Shown here: positions 12,152 through 25,803 of the stretch, in pieces | Layout: each line of letters begins with the position of its first letter | How positions within the stretch are numbered: position 1 is the stretch's first letter | Assembly (NCBI RefSeq): GCF_018977255.1 | Contig: NW_024704743.1 | Location: forward strand, 114,082,001 to 114,146,000 | DNA length: 64,000 bases | Direction: 5' to 3' | Source of the DNA: Callorhinchus milii | Taxonomy: Eukaryota | The notes under the pieces: model-generated | The model's input: only the letters and a program-made list of their open reading frames with translations | The model's database searches: none | Told to the model about the DNA's origin: nothing | Position numbers and translations under genes: made by a program

Positions 12152-15100
12152 TAGTGACTTGCCCTGAAACTAACAACCATAGAGAAGATTGCCTTTCAAA
12201 CCTGAAAACGTTTTGGCCTTTACTCCCTTCCTTACCTCGTTGTCTCCAGATGTACGTCTTTGACCGCCCTTTTGGTTATTTTTCCTCTCCACACCTGCCT
12301 CAGCTGCAACCCCAGCTCGGGTGTCAAGCGAGCATTGTTAAGTGCCTTGAGACATCCTCCCAATGTGAAAGGCACTATTTAAATGTAAATTTATATTGTG
12401 TTGGATGTCTTTACCAAGCGAGCCATTTGTCTTTACCAAGCGGGGGAGTCCAGTAGGATTGAGAGAATTGAGAGAAAAATACATTTCTGGAACATTTTGA
12501 ACATCCAGGAGTTGTTTACAGCTATTTTCTCTACAATGTGATGAGCTCTGTTACTTGTACACTAATTTGCAAGAAACTGCATGTCCTTTTCTCTTAGTTA
12601 TGTCACTGGCCTGTTGCCCGCACTTTAGTAAATCTTGAGTGAATGTGAGTTTTGTTTCTGATCAAATTGCGGAGGGCGGTGGGGCTGTGGGAATCGAATT
12701 GCAAAAATATTTGCGTGGGTTTTGATCTCATTGGTTACACGAGTGGAACAAACCAGCTGCAAGTGTTATCGCTCAGGGAGGCTACTTATATTTGATGCTG
12801 TTTGACGATTTAAATGTTTGTTAGTCACTCACTACTGCTGTCGGGAAGATGAGGGAAGAATCATGTGAGTGCCATATTAAGTGTCTTAGGACATCCTCCC
12901 ACCGTGTAAGATATTATATAAACATAAACCTATATTGTACATTGCCCATTCTAATATCAGTGGAAGTTGTACACGTCCCTTGGCTATGCTGGATGTCATC
13001 CATGGAGACAAACGTAGCTTCAGTAGGTGTCCTTTTACAGTAGAGAGCCCAATATCCGCATTAATGGGACCGTCCCCATTATGGGCACAAAAAGTGTAGA
13101 TATGAGGTCATCATGTGGCATACAACGTAGGTTATTAACCAAAATTTTTATTCTATCAGGAGTTATACTGTCACAGTTGTGAGGTACACACAGCGTCAGC
13201 CCTTCTCTCTTTCCTCTTCTCTCTAACGTTCCCTCACAGCTCTTCCACCTCAGTAGCAGGCCTTTCTCTGCCCTCACTGTGACTCTCTCTCTCTCTCTTT
13301 CTGATGTGTCTGACTATCTCTCATTACTCTCTTACCACATTCTGACACTCTGATTACCTTCTCCTGACTCTCTCCCCCTTCTTTCTGTCTGATTCCTCTT
13401 TCTGACACGGTTGTTAATTATGGTTGACTGCCTAACTGTTGCTGTCTATCTGTAACGTGGCTCTTTTTGATGCTGCTCCTCTCTCTCCCAGGCTATGTCA
13501 TTCTGCACATTTAACTTCGCTCCCTCCCTCACCACGTTCCGGGTCCTCTTTGACCAAACTTTCGATCATCTTTCCCCTTCACTCCCTCCCAGCCCCAGTT
13601 TGGGTGCCAAGTCAGGATTGTTGCGTGCCTTGAGATATCCTTCTAATGTGAAAGGCACTATATAATTGTAAACTGGCATTGTAAATTTGTTTTGTCTGTG
13701 TATTTGTATGTGTGTCTCTCTTGAAGTACTCAACCTGTATCAGGTCTCCCCAACTAGTGTAATCTGGGTTGCATTGTTTGCATAATTGGTTCCCAATTTC
13801 ACTTCCGCATCTCAACCCCAATGTGTGTAAGTGGGTTTACAGTTATCCAGCACCATTCCACCATTCCACTGTGTAATGTTAACACAGCTTTAAAACATGA
13901 AGTGCTCTTACCTGGCGCTTTATATAAAGCTCCCTTATCTTGTTAACACTTGTCAAGGTGCAAATGAGGTGCGATAAATCGCATCAATGATTGACTATAT
14001 ATAGCACATTGACTGAAATTGTGTTCAAACCAGTTGACATACAAATGCACCAAATTTACACCATTTTACAATTATAGAGTGGCTTTCACATTGGAAGGAT
14101 GTCTCAAGGCACTTAACAATCCTGTCTTGGTACCCGGGCTGGGAGGGATTCAAGGGGGGTGGGGGGAGGCGTGTGGGGGTGGGGAAGGGAAAGATAATTG
14201 AAAGTTTGGTAAAAAAGAATCCCTCCCCCCCCCACTACCATTTGAATTAGTGGCAATGATTGGGCTTGAAACCCCCCCCTTAAGATTGAAAACCATTGTC
14301 TTAAAATTTAAGGCTGTGCAGAATTTTGAAAAATAGTTCTTAAATTCAATCTTAATTGGGAATTCAGTTCTTTGTCCCCAGATATGCACTTTCTAGCGGA
14401 GCTCACTGAACAGCAAGGAACACGAACACGAGCTGAGTTTTCCTTCCCTATCCCAAAGAAGTCTGAGCCAGTTTTAATGGTTCTCTGAAGATAATCCCGG
14501 AATCTGCAGACCAGTTATCTTAATGTCTGTGGTGGACAAGGTATTGGAGTCTAGAGATAAATATATTTTCCACAAAATACCAGTCATTGCACTTTACAGT
14601 AAATCCTTTGAAGCACTTTAAGACATCCTCCTGACATACTATCAAGTGCAACGATTACTTTTATTCTACTAAAAGCAGCTATCTATTCTGAGAACAGATA
14701 TATAAACTGTAGTATTTAATAATAATAATCCTTGCATTTGATTTAGCGCATTATCACGTCGTCGGCATGTCTCAAAGAGCTTCACAGGATATACTGTAAA
14801 GTGGAGTGACTGTGTATTTTGTGGGCAAAGTGAAGAAGCCAATTTTGTGCACAGCAGTGTTCCACAAACAGCCATGGAATTATTGGTATTATTTCCAATT
14901 GATAGCTTTGGGTGTCAGTCTAGACAGTGAGAATTGGTAGCTTTGAGACGTGATAAGGCGCTGTATCAAATGCAAGGATTATTATTATTATTATTATTGC
15001 CATTGTTGTGTGTGAGTGCAGTGCTCAATGTCACATGCCCTCATGTGCACAGATCACCTTTTACCCAAAGAGCGTTTTCCCTAAATAACAGGAGCAGATG

Positions 15101-16299
15101 TCTTACAGAATGCTGAGAGTTATATTGTCACGTGATGTTGAGGAACAAGCTGCTCCCTCTAGTACCGTCGGTTTAGGTCGGGGCCGACCGGGTAGAGATT
15201 CCCCCGAGGATCCACGCCTTCACTTGACATCACTGAGTGCCCGATAAGTCAACACCCCACATCCTGAGCTTGCACACTATTGATCCCGGGATGGTTAAAA
15301 ATAAAAGCAGCGGCTGCATGTCAGACATCTGGCTTTTGCGCATTGGGTGGTAAAGCCTAAAGCCCACTGTAAGTGCCGCATCATGCAATTGATTTATCCA
15401 CCGTGCCTTTGAGGACAGAGCTTTTGACACAAGCCTATTGTTATTCTCATGAATGCTTTCCAGTGATCTTTTGTTTCCCATTTGAATTCAAATTACTGCG
15501 AATCTTTATAATGTCACTGCTCTTTTACAGTAGGATGCTTTCCGGAGACTGATGAGCTGGATACTGATTGTGTGCAGTCACGTGCAGTAAACAATATCAT
15601 TTGATAGATTATGGGAATTGGTTGCCACATATTTCGTATGAGCATCTCATGCTCGTATTTTAGCAGAAATTATTGGTGGGTTTTATGTACTGAGACAGTT
15701 GATGAAGGATACGTTTTCACAGAGATATACTTTAAATACTAAGTAATTCTTATGTCTTATATATGTTCGTAGCAGCAGAGAGGATAGTGTGACTTTTAGA
15801 CATGGAAACAATCTCCCATCGTCACGCAGGAAGGTTGAGGTTGAATCACAGATGTCAATATTTGAGATAAATCACAAGAGAGGTATGATAAAGAACACCC
15901 TTTGGCCCATTTAATCTCTCTTTTCCATGACAGCATCAAGCTGTTTTTCCAATGAGTCCCACCTTGTCCCTAAACCCATATTTAGTGCTACTGTGAGCTA
16001 AACCATGGACTTACTTTCCTCTTGCAGCAATGAGCAGTAAAGTCTCTGCGAGAGGCTTCAAGCTTCTGGTGCCACTTTGGTGATTGACATAAGTCACTGG
16101 CATTCTGTGCTGACCTGATCCAGTCTAAATTGCTGCATGCACAATGTAAATGAAACAATGCTTTCCAAAAGCTTAAGTCCATCTCAGAGACCAACAGCTA
16201 TATCTATATTGTGAATCCCAAATACGGCTCTAGTGGCAATGCAGAAGAAAGCAACAGCGATAATCACATAATTGGTTTGGGTATTTTACCTTTGGACTA

Positions 16300-16560
16300 A
16301 AACTCATTCTATCCCCAGAGTTAGAGGGCTGAGATATAAGCAATGAATGGATAAACTACGGTACTTCAACCTTGAAAAGAGACATGTCAGAAAGGACCTT
16401 ATATAGGTAGATAAAATGCTAAATGGGATAGAAAAAGTAAACCCAGGAAAATAGTTTTGGTTATCTCAAGGCAATAGAACAAGAGCAATGAGTGAATGGT
16501 TGTGAAACCCATTTTTAGAACAGATAGCAGGAAATACACACTACACACGAGCTATCGACT
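16300..16560 (+). mobile_element. Old CR1 ORF2 C-terminal fragment
   Basis: Degenerate ..TTCAACCTTGAAAAGAGAC..AGAAAGGACCTTATATAGGTAGATAAAATG.., resembling FSLEKRRLRGDLIEVYKM. Confidence 0.55.
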
Positions 16561-19134
16561 ACATTAGAAAGTTTAAATGTACATTTCATTGTGGACTTGC
16601 ACCCAAGCACTTCAAATTAGAATCAGAGTAACTGACACCTAAAATACATTTTTAGGTTTTTATGGTCAGCCAGTGTATCTCATACCCATCGCTATGCATA
16701 AGTGTATCCGAACCAAATTACAGGTGGCCCTATTATAACATGGTGATTTGGCTCCATAAACTTGATGTTGTAATGAAATGTACTGATGTCACTTCCTGCA
16801 CGCTCCTAATGCCCGCAAGTCTGCGCAGGAACTGCTGATGTCAGTTCCTTTGAGATGTGATATCACAGCATTTCCTGCGCACACATTGCACGTACTCTCT
16901 GTGATGCTTCCTGCACAAAATATGCATGCAATACAGGAAGGATCAGCAGCAACATTCCATCCTGGAAGGGGCCATTTGTGTCGCTTGGTGAGATACCTCC
17001 CTGTGTGAAAGATAATAATAACAATAATAATAATAATCCTTGCATTTGATATAGCGCTTTTCACGTCGGGAGAACGTCCCAAAGCGCTTCACAGAACACA
17101 CTGTAAAGTGAATTGACTGTATATTTGTGGGCGAACGTGGCAGCCAATTGCACACAGCAATGTCCCACAAACAGTCGTAGATTGAAAAAGATGTGATGTG
17201 AATGCAAGTTGTTGTTGTATAAGACGCATTATAACAGGGTTGCCTTTTACTGAGAGTTTCCCTATGAAATTTCCTCTTCTCTGGAATAGAGAGCCCACTT
17301 TCTCCCCAGAGGGAAGCGGATTGGAAGGGCCGAGGCATGTGTGTAGGCGACAGAGTATGAGTACATTTTCACTGGATTAACATGATAACATAGCAACCGT
17401 GGGCAAAGGCTGGGAATAGTTTGAAAATACTGTATATTTTCAGGAATCATTTATGAGCTAGCAGAGACCATTACCGTATCAGAAAATTGGGTCATAAAAG
17501 CTTTCCAAAATGATTTTATTAGTTTTAGTGTACACACAGGAAATGTCAAGATAGAACGGTTGAGTGCGGAGAGATGGAGCACAATCTACGCTGATGTAGC
17601 ACATATCATATGCATTGTCTTTTGTGTGGAAGTGGTTTCAGCTTTTGACAGTTTTGTGTGCTGTGCATTTACTTTCCTGACATTTTTCGTCCAAGAGCCC
17701 GAACAACTGCTAACTGCTGTTGCTGCATTGGATATCTTGTAAGTAACTGTCAAGCATCCCTGGCATTCCTAGCTTGTGTGATTGCAATAAATAACTATTG
17801 GCTGGAGCATGTTGATATGAGGAATGCTGATGCTGCCATAAAGGTGGTGATCAGTTGGTTGTACTCTTGCTTGTTGTGTCAGAGGGTTGTAGGTTCAAAC
17901 CCCATGTCAGGACTTTGAACACGCAGTCTACGCTGACTTTCCAATGCATTGCTGGGGGTGTGCTGCATTGCAGGAGGTGCTGTCCTTCGGATAAGACATT
18001 TAAACTGAGGTCCTGTCTCTCTGTTCAAGTGGACGTTAAAGATTCCATGACCTCTTGCTGTGGCAGAAACATGAAGGCAGGAGTGTGTCGTTAGATTTTT
18101 TTTTCTCTCTTGGGTTTAAACAACCCCAATTCAGAGAGAGACAAACTGACCATCACACCAAACTGCACAGAGCTCAGGCATAAACCTGAAATGATTCACA
18201 TCAGGGAACCGGGTTTCTGAGTTTGATTTGATACTCAAGCCACCATTTAATAGGCTTCAGTGATTATTGGTAATAGTGCTCGTTCTCGAATGCTGTAATC
18301 TGATACTCAAGGCTGGTGCACTCACCAGCCACAAGCATCGTGACCGATGAACACTGAACCAGAACACTAATAACCATAATCAGGGACATGCAGTCGGGCT
18401 GGAAGTGCTTGTCGGGAAAACAGCTAAATAAAATGTCACCCCAGCACGTAAACTAACACTCCTAACTTTCTCCCTCACTCCACCATTTACAAGATCCATC
18501 TGATGCAGAATTCTGCTGCCCGCATCCTTGTGAAACTCCACATACCCATCTGGCTTGAACCCATAACCAACTGAGCCAGGCTGAGACCTGTTCGTTTTGG
18601 ACAGCACTTGTGAACAACACTGGGTTTGCTTGCTCCCAGCTATTTATTTTGCATAAAAGGAGAATAAACCAACCCATTGGTGCTGGCAGGCTTGAAATCC
18701 ATGTCAATGCACTTACATATCTATATTGTGGCAGTTTGTTGGTCATTAACCTTTCATTTAAAGCTTGGGATAATGAGTTATAATCTATAACTCCAGATTC
18801 CAGTTTATAGTCTTAAGAGATATTTTCTACTTCAGCTGATATTTTTCACCTCACGGATGAATTATGGTTGAGCGGAAATTCCAGCACTTTGCCATTAAGC
18901 AGCTTCCATGCTCCTGCTGTTTTTGTACGGCTTCCAAACAGAATGTTTATGATGAGGAATTATTGCAGTTTACTGAATGTTAGAGAAAAGAAAGAAAAGT
19001 GCATGGACCAGCATTTCTCTGGTCACCAGAGGTTTATGTTTTCAATACTGCGGAACAGGGAGAAAACCAATGTTGCATCAATTTAAATCCTTTAAAAAAG
19101 AGCCAGATATTTGCTTGAGTACAGGAGCCGAGGA

Positions 19135-19512
19135 TAATAATAATAATAATCATTTCATTTGATATAGCGCCTTATCACGTCTTCGAAACGTTTCAAAGCG
19201 CTTCACAGAATATACTGTAAAGTGAATTGACTATATTTTGTGGTGAAACGTGGCAGCCAATTGTGCACAGCAGTGTCCCACAAACAATTGTGGATTGAGT
19301 GACCAAATTATTTTAAAAAAATTATTTTGAAGAAATTATTACCCCCGGAAAAGCGATCCACTAATCGACTAACAACTGCGTTCCTATTTACTGCTAGGTA
19401 AACAGAGATCGTGTGGAGTGAGGAAACTTGCCCACAGTTTCACTCTGCCTGGGAATCGAACCCAGGAACCTCTCGCTTGCGAGGCAAGTGCTCTAACCAC
19501 TAAGCTACAGGA
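19135..19512 (-). mobile_element. tRNA-headed CORE-like SINE, full length
   Basis: Same family; sits head-to-head with a deleted + strand copy at 19588-19735. Confidence 0.9.
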
Positions 19513-19818
19513 TAGGTATTACATTTGAAACCCATTCATATCCAATGAATTTTTATTAATCTCTGTCTGCACCTCGCCCATATCCTGTCCTGTAGCTTAG
19601 TGGTTAGAGCACTCTGCTGCATTTTACCACAAAATATACAGTCAATTCACATTACAGTATATTCTGTGAAGCACTTTGAGATGTTTCGAAGACGTGATAA
19701 GGCACTATGTCAAATGCACAGATTATTATTATCATTATCTTCAACTCCTATTCTCAACTCTGGAACACTCTTCCTAAAACCCTCCGCCTTGCCCCCACTC
19801 TCCCTTTTTTCAAGTCCT

Positions 19819-20434
19819 TTATCACCTCAAGGCTGGACTATGGGAACTCTCTCCTCGCCGGCCTTCCCGGCACCTCCCTCCACAAGCTGCAGGTCATTCA
19901 GAACTCTGTAGCTCGTGTACTGTCCCGCACCAGGCTTCGGGACCACATCACTCCCACCCTCGCTCGCCTCCATTGGCTCCCCATCCCCAGAGAACCGAAT
20001 TCAAGATCCTCATCCTCACCTACAAGGCCATTCACGGCCTTGCTCCCTCCTACCTCTCTGACCTACTATCCCCCTACCTACCTGCCCGTACCCTCCGTTC
20101 CTCTGGCTCCGGTCTGCTCCACATCCCCCGCCCCAACCGCCCTACCATCGGTGGCCGGGCCTTCAGCCTCTCAGCCCCTACGCTCTGGAACTCTATCCCC
20201 CAGAGCCTTCGCCGCCTCCTCCCTTTCCTCCTTCAAGGCCGGTCTCAAGACCTTTCTCTTTGACTGTGCCTTCAGCTCCCCTCTCGACTTTCTACCCCCT
20301 CCTCGCTCTCTCCCTTCCCTCCCCTCACCCTGACCATTTCCCCCTTGCTCGGGTCCTGACCCAACTGTACAGCGCCTTGGGACGTCCTCCCGACATGAAA
20401 GGCGCTCTATAAATTGAATCTTGTTGTTGTTCTT
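19819..20434 (+). mobile_element. L2 LINE 3' portion (young), nested in an older L2 3' fragment (19740-19818 and 20435-20580) with GTCCT duplicated
   Basis: Peptides [43 protein letters not shown] and [43 protein letters not shown], the classic L2 ORF2 C-terminus, with one frameshift. Tail GAAAGGCGCTCTATAAAT..(TTG)n. Confidence 0.93.
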
Positions 20435-22624
20435 GTCCTGTCTGAAGACCTTCCTCTTCGACTGTGCCTATGGCTACCTCCCTCCCACTGCTCGCCTCGG
20501 AGTCATGCTCCGCCACTGTTTAGCGCTCTGAGACGCTACTTTGCGCGGAGGGCGCTATATAAGTGCAAGTTGAGTTGTATTGTTACAATAATAATAATTA
20601 TGCAATTTATAAAATGCCTTTCGTGCCAGGAAGAGTCTCACAGCAATTCACAAAACTTACTGTAATGTGTAGTGACTGTGCAAATTTAAGGATTATTTTT
20701 ATTATCACGCCTGTGCCTGTGTTCATTTTCCAAAAGAGGCTATATGAACTGTCATGCAGGATATAGAGAAGTGGGAATGCCTGGTGTATTTTCCTTTATA
20801 ATAGCCCTATTATTGCCCTGATACATATAAGCCATAAAATTGTAGCTGAGGATTCAAAATCAGGGCTGGAATGTGCTGAAGGACATGGTTTTAAAGGTGC
20901 AACATAGTAGAGACACAACAGAGTCTGGGTCAGGACTCAGGGCCATTACATTGCATGGGACTGTTATGAAATAATATATAATAATCCTTGCATTTGATAT
21001 AGCGCCTTGTTACGTCGTCAAAACGTCTCAAAGTACTTCACAGGATTTTACTGTGAAGAGTCGTGCCTGTATATCTGCAGGCGAATGCAGAGAGAAACAG
21101 AGAGAAAAACAGCTTACTGCTAGCTGTGTTTTAAACTTCTTCCGTGACCTGAGCAGTTTGACAATGTCCTTGTGAGGTTGTCATTGGAGAGTTTGGGGCT
21201 GTAACACATCTCTGTGGTCTGGTTGAATGAGACACGCAGTAAAGCATTCAGGAGTCCGCTCTCAAGCCTTTTCTGACTTCTATTTTTACCTTATCTACTG
21301 GCTGAGCAGACATTCCACAACAGCAGTCCCACGTGGCAGGAACAGCTCATCAACAACCTTGAATTGAGTTTGGACAACAATGAAAATCGAGACGTCCTTC
21401 TATTTCTGGATTTCTGTTTCTCTAATATCATGTCCATATTGGCCACAGGTAATAGATTCTCTTGGTGATATCGCTGAGCTCTCTTCTTCAACTGAGTCAT
21501 TTTTCTATTAGCTCTTTGACCTGCTCTTTGATATTAGAAAAGCGCTCATTCAATGACAAAAGCTTGCCTTTGGAAGCATGTTTTTTTTTATCTGGATGCA
21601 AGGCTTGTGTTTTGTTCGTATGATTTGCCCTGAAAGTCTACAGGCAGAATCTTTGGCACTTGTTGGCAAAATACAACATTTAATCTCAACTATATTTCAG
21701 TTATTCAGTATAGAGAGCACGGTACATGCAACAAAAAAAGAGAAAACTGCAAAATACCATCTTGTCTTAATCTTTCCCAGTTTACTAAATGAATGCTTTA
21801 TGATCTGTTCCAACAAGTCATATTATTCCAAACTATCACACCCATAGAGAATACTTCTTGAATGGAGTACAATGTGCAGTAACACAGCTATGAGGTTTGC
21901 AATGGACACTAAGGGATAGAAATTCTATGCACAACATAAGAAGTAAAATAAAATTAGTCACTCTCTCCGTGGTTGTTTGGTGGAAATATACATCCTGCAC
22001 CAGCATCTGTGAACCCATCCTCGCTTGCTCTGACTTACCATCTCCCAAGTTTAACATTCTTGACCTCACCTTCATCTCTCTCCGTGCCCTTGCCCACCTG
22101 ATCTCTGCGATGTCCTAGAAACTTACTGACCTGGCCGCTCCCTCCACTCAGCCTGCTTCACGTGGCCTGTCATAAAATAAAATAATAATAATCCTTGCAT
22201 TTGATTTAGCGCCTTATCACGTCTTTGAGACGTTCGCAAAGCACTTCTCAGAATATACTGTGAAGTGAATTGACTGTTTATTTTGTGGGCGAATCATGCG
22301 CACATCAGTGTCCCACAAACAGTGGTGGATTGAGATGAGTGACCATCTCTTTCGTTGCTATTTCCTTGATGTAGATATTAGTGAATGTAGCCCTGTGTTA
22401 GCAGTAACACAGCAGAACTAATTTAATCTCAACTGTATTTCAGTTATTCAGTATAAAGGGCACAATACATGCTTTCATGAGATTTTGCTTTATCAGGACT
22501 TACTGTTATGCAGTTAGATGTTCACAAGAGAAAGTATCAGAGGTGAATAGAGAATTAGGATGTGATGGACATTCGCCTATTTATTCATTCTATTCCAGCT
22601 CAGGTTCTAGATTATACTTATAAA

Positions 22625-23300
22625 AATAATAATCCTTGCATTTGATGTAATGTCAAATTGCATCAAAGCTTTTCACATATAAAAGTGTATTTCTTGACAA
22701 ATCTGGCAGCCAATTTTTACACTGCAAAGTCCCACAAACACCCATAAAATGAATGAATGTTTTTGGAGGATTGTTGGCCACGACAGGGGTCGAAACTCCT
22801 TTTTCTTTCAAATAGTGTCATGGGATCTTTAAAGTCACCTGAACGGACAGACAGGACCTCAGTTTAGTGGATCATATCCCATATCGACCTGTCCGCTCCT
22901 TCCGCTCAGCAAGCTCCAGCCTGCTCCAAGTCTTCAGTCTGGCCTGCTCCACGATCGGCGGTCAGGCCTTCAGCCTCTCTGCCCTCACCCTTTGAAACTC
23001 CATCCTACAGTCCCTTCACCTTGCTCCCTCCCTTGCCTCCTTCAAAGCATGCTTCAAGGCCATCCTCTTCGACCGCACATTCAGCCACCCTCCTACCCCT
23101 ACCCTCCCTGCCCGCCACTCCCTGCTCGGGTCCAAATCCCTGACTGTCCAGCACCTTGGGACATCCTCCTGACTTGAAAGGCGCTTTACAAATGTAATTT
23201 GTTGTTGTTGTTGTTATGTGGAGGATGAGATGGTATCAGGCACAATGGAATGCTCTCCCAGCACTGCACTGAAATGTCAGTCTATCTGGACTATAAGCTC
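22625..23300 (-). mobile_element. DeuSINE (-) interrupted by a + strand L2 3' fragment (~22875-23215)
   Basis: Deu motif CATGGGATCTTTAAAGTCACCTGAAC..GACCTCAGTTTAG, then L2 sequence ending (TTG)n, then Deu resumes CTCCCAGCACTGCACTGAAATGTCAGTCTA. Confidence 0.75.
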
Positions 23301-25319
23301 CAGATCAACTGGAAATGGGTTGGGAGGTCAGCTTGTTCCATCTGTCACTGATCCACAGAGAGAGAGAGATAGTCAGGCTAAATGTAGATGGGAATATACA
23401 AATGTAGTTTTCTCCTCCCTTGAAAATAACAGTCTCAGTCATGCAACAACAGTACTTGCGATGGGAATTGAAATGAATCCTCCTTTATGTACTGCTTGGA
23501 GGAGCGTAAGTATTTCTACATGTAACGAATGATTAATTTGTGCAGAAAAGAGCAGCATTTAAACTGAGACAGTAGCAGCCGGATGCCATAAACAGAACAG
23601 CTCTTGTGGAGTGTGTTCATGATCCTTGAACTATGCTGTTCTTCTGGTGGTGCAGCTATGGCTTGCAGAGATATTAATAATAATAATTTTTAAAAATTCC
23701 TAGTAATAATCCTTATGGTTGGTATAACTTTGATATTGTCATTACAATAACATTGTGAGCATAACAGTCAATGTTGTTGGTAGTAACTTACCTATTGTAA
23801 CTATGTTTATTGAACTATGTAACTTTCTTGTCTTATTGCATTAATAACCTTTGAATATAAATTACAAGTGACTTTATTTCCTCAGTTCACAGTCCTAATA
23901 TTTAAATTAAGGCGAACAGGGTTAGCTGGTTTTAACAGTGGGATCTTCTGTTTTACCGTTACGGCTAAAACAGAAGGAAAAGAGAAGTAAAACAAAGAGA
24001 AAAGTTGCTAAAACAGAAGAAAATTGGTTGGCTAGTTTTGCTGCCGAAAATGACAAATGAGTTTTTAATAATAATAATAATAATAATCCTTGCATCTGAT
24101 ATCACATCATTGAGACATCTCAAAGCACTTGACTAAATATATTGTAAAGTGTAGTGACTGTGTATTTTGTGGGTGAAACATGGCTTAGTTTTTGGAGGAT
24201 AATCTCTATACATCTGTTTGTGAGTTGACGGATATGATACATGAGTTAATCAGAGAAGGTATTAAACAAGTCAAAGAACTTATTCCATCATTGATACGTC
24301 TCAAAGTGCTTCACGAATATACTGTAAAGTGAATTGATTGTTCATTTTGTAGGCGAAGGTTAGTGCCAGGCAAGATAACCTCATTGCAAGCAAGAATTGC
24401 AGACAGCCAATTGCAAGCTTGGAACAGTAAGTTAGAAAAATAATTGCAGGATAAGGCTTTAGAACTAGCTAAGGCTGGAGAAACCCCAAAAGACAATGTA
24501 CAAGGTCCAAATATTGCAACCGGGTCCAAAATACCCGAGGTTATTTTTCAGCATTCTAAACGCTCCAATTAAACGCAAAATAGACATGATTATTACAGTT
24601 AGCAACCCATTAGAAAATATAGTAACATCTGCCATCAGGGCTTTTCAGAGTACTGTATAAAGATTAAGCAAGAAGTAATGGAAGCAGCTATTCAAGCTAT
24701 AAAAACACAACAGAGTGTTCTTGGACCAAATAGAGGTAGAAGAGGTAGAGTTAGTGATCAAGCGTTCTGGGATGCTTCCCTGCGTGAGGAGACCTATATA
24801 AATGCAGGTTGTTGTTGTTGATTCATTTTCAAGATGGTACGACAACAACCCTATCCAATTGTTTATATGGATTAAGTACATAATTTTTTAAAATATATAT
24901 ATATATCGCAATTATCCATGAATTTCTTTTGTCATATTTTGTTTAGAGGATTAAGGATCCTTTCAAAATCTAACATTTAGAACTCTTCGTTCTCTCTTTT
25001 GTGGATGACACCCTGATTGCTACTGAAAACACATAATTTCAAGTTTTGAAAATATTATGTGATGCATTACTGCTGGTTGAACCTGGCTATGGCACAGGTG
25101 TCACTCTGATAAATTGCTTTGCATGGGTAAGAATTGATGGGGGGAGCAAATTGGCAACTATACCCAAGAGGTTCAATGAGGCTTTAGAGGATTTGGAAAT
25201 TGAACATTTAACGCCTATGAGCATCTAACTCCACAATATCAGTGTCTTCTATCTGCCAGTTCCATTCCCTTATGAACAGACTAACCTGTCTCTAGTTCAA
25301 AGTATGTCAAGCTTCTCTA

Positions 25320-25803
25320 TTCGAGAAATCCAGCTCATACAGAACTCTGCTGCCCGCATACTTATCCGGACCAAACTCCCAAACTCCGTACCCCATCTGA
25401 CCAGTTCTAGCCAGGTTCCACTCCCGTTCACCGAACGTGTTCAAATCCTTTCACTCCCTGGCACTTCACTACCTCTCCGACCTACTCACTCCCCAATCCA
25501 CCATCCGGCGCCTCCCTTCACATGCCTCCTGCTTGTCCCTCGCGCCCTCTGCTCCACCATTGGAGGTTGCGCAATCAGCCACTACGCCCCAAAGCTCTGC
25601 AACATTCTCTCTCTTTCCCCCCACCTTGTCCCCTCCCTCCCCTTTTTCAAGTCCCCTCGAAAGCCTTCCTTTTCGACTGTGCTTACGGTCACCTTCCCCC
25701 CCCACTCCCCGCCCCGGCTCGGAGTCAGGCTTCGCCACTGTTAAGTGCTCTGAGATGCTAACCTGAGTGGAGGGCACCACATAAGTGCAAGTTGTTGTTG
25801 TTG
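25320..25803 (+). mobile_element. L2 LINE 3' fragment
   Basis: QLIQNSAARIL..TIGGCAISHYAPKLCNIL; tail GCTCTGAGATGCTAACC..TAAGTGCAAGTTGTTGTTG. Confidence 0.85.

Noticed and set aside
13907..13916. CTTACCTGGC resembling the U1 snRNA 5' end
   Set aside because: Only 10 nt match with no continuation; expected by chance.
15548..15600. CTGATGAG followed by a possible stem (hammerhead-like)
   Set aside because: No GAAA box (TAAAC instead) and no stem I/III pairing. Other CTGATGA hits (~30995, ~53825, ~59654) also lack the architecture.
19707..20333. Longest ORF in the track (208 aa)
   Set aside because: Chance read-through from a SINE tail into nested L2 fragments; frameshifted and not a host gene.
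23945..23976. Small hairpin CTTCTGTTTTA-CCG-TTA-CGG-C-TAAAACAGAAG
   Set aside because: Short, with no second copy of the hairpin, TSD or known motif to support a call.
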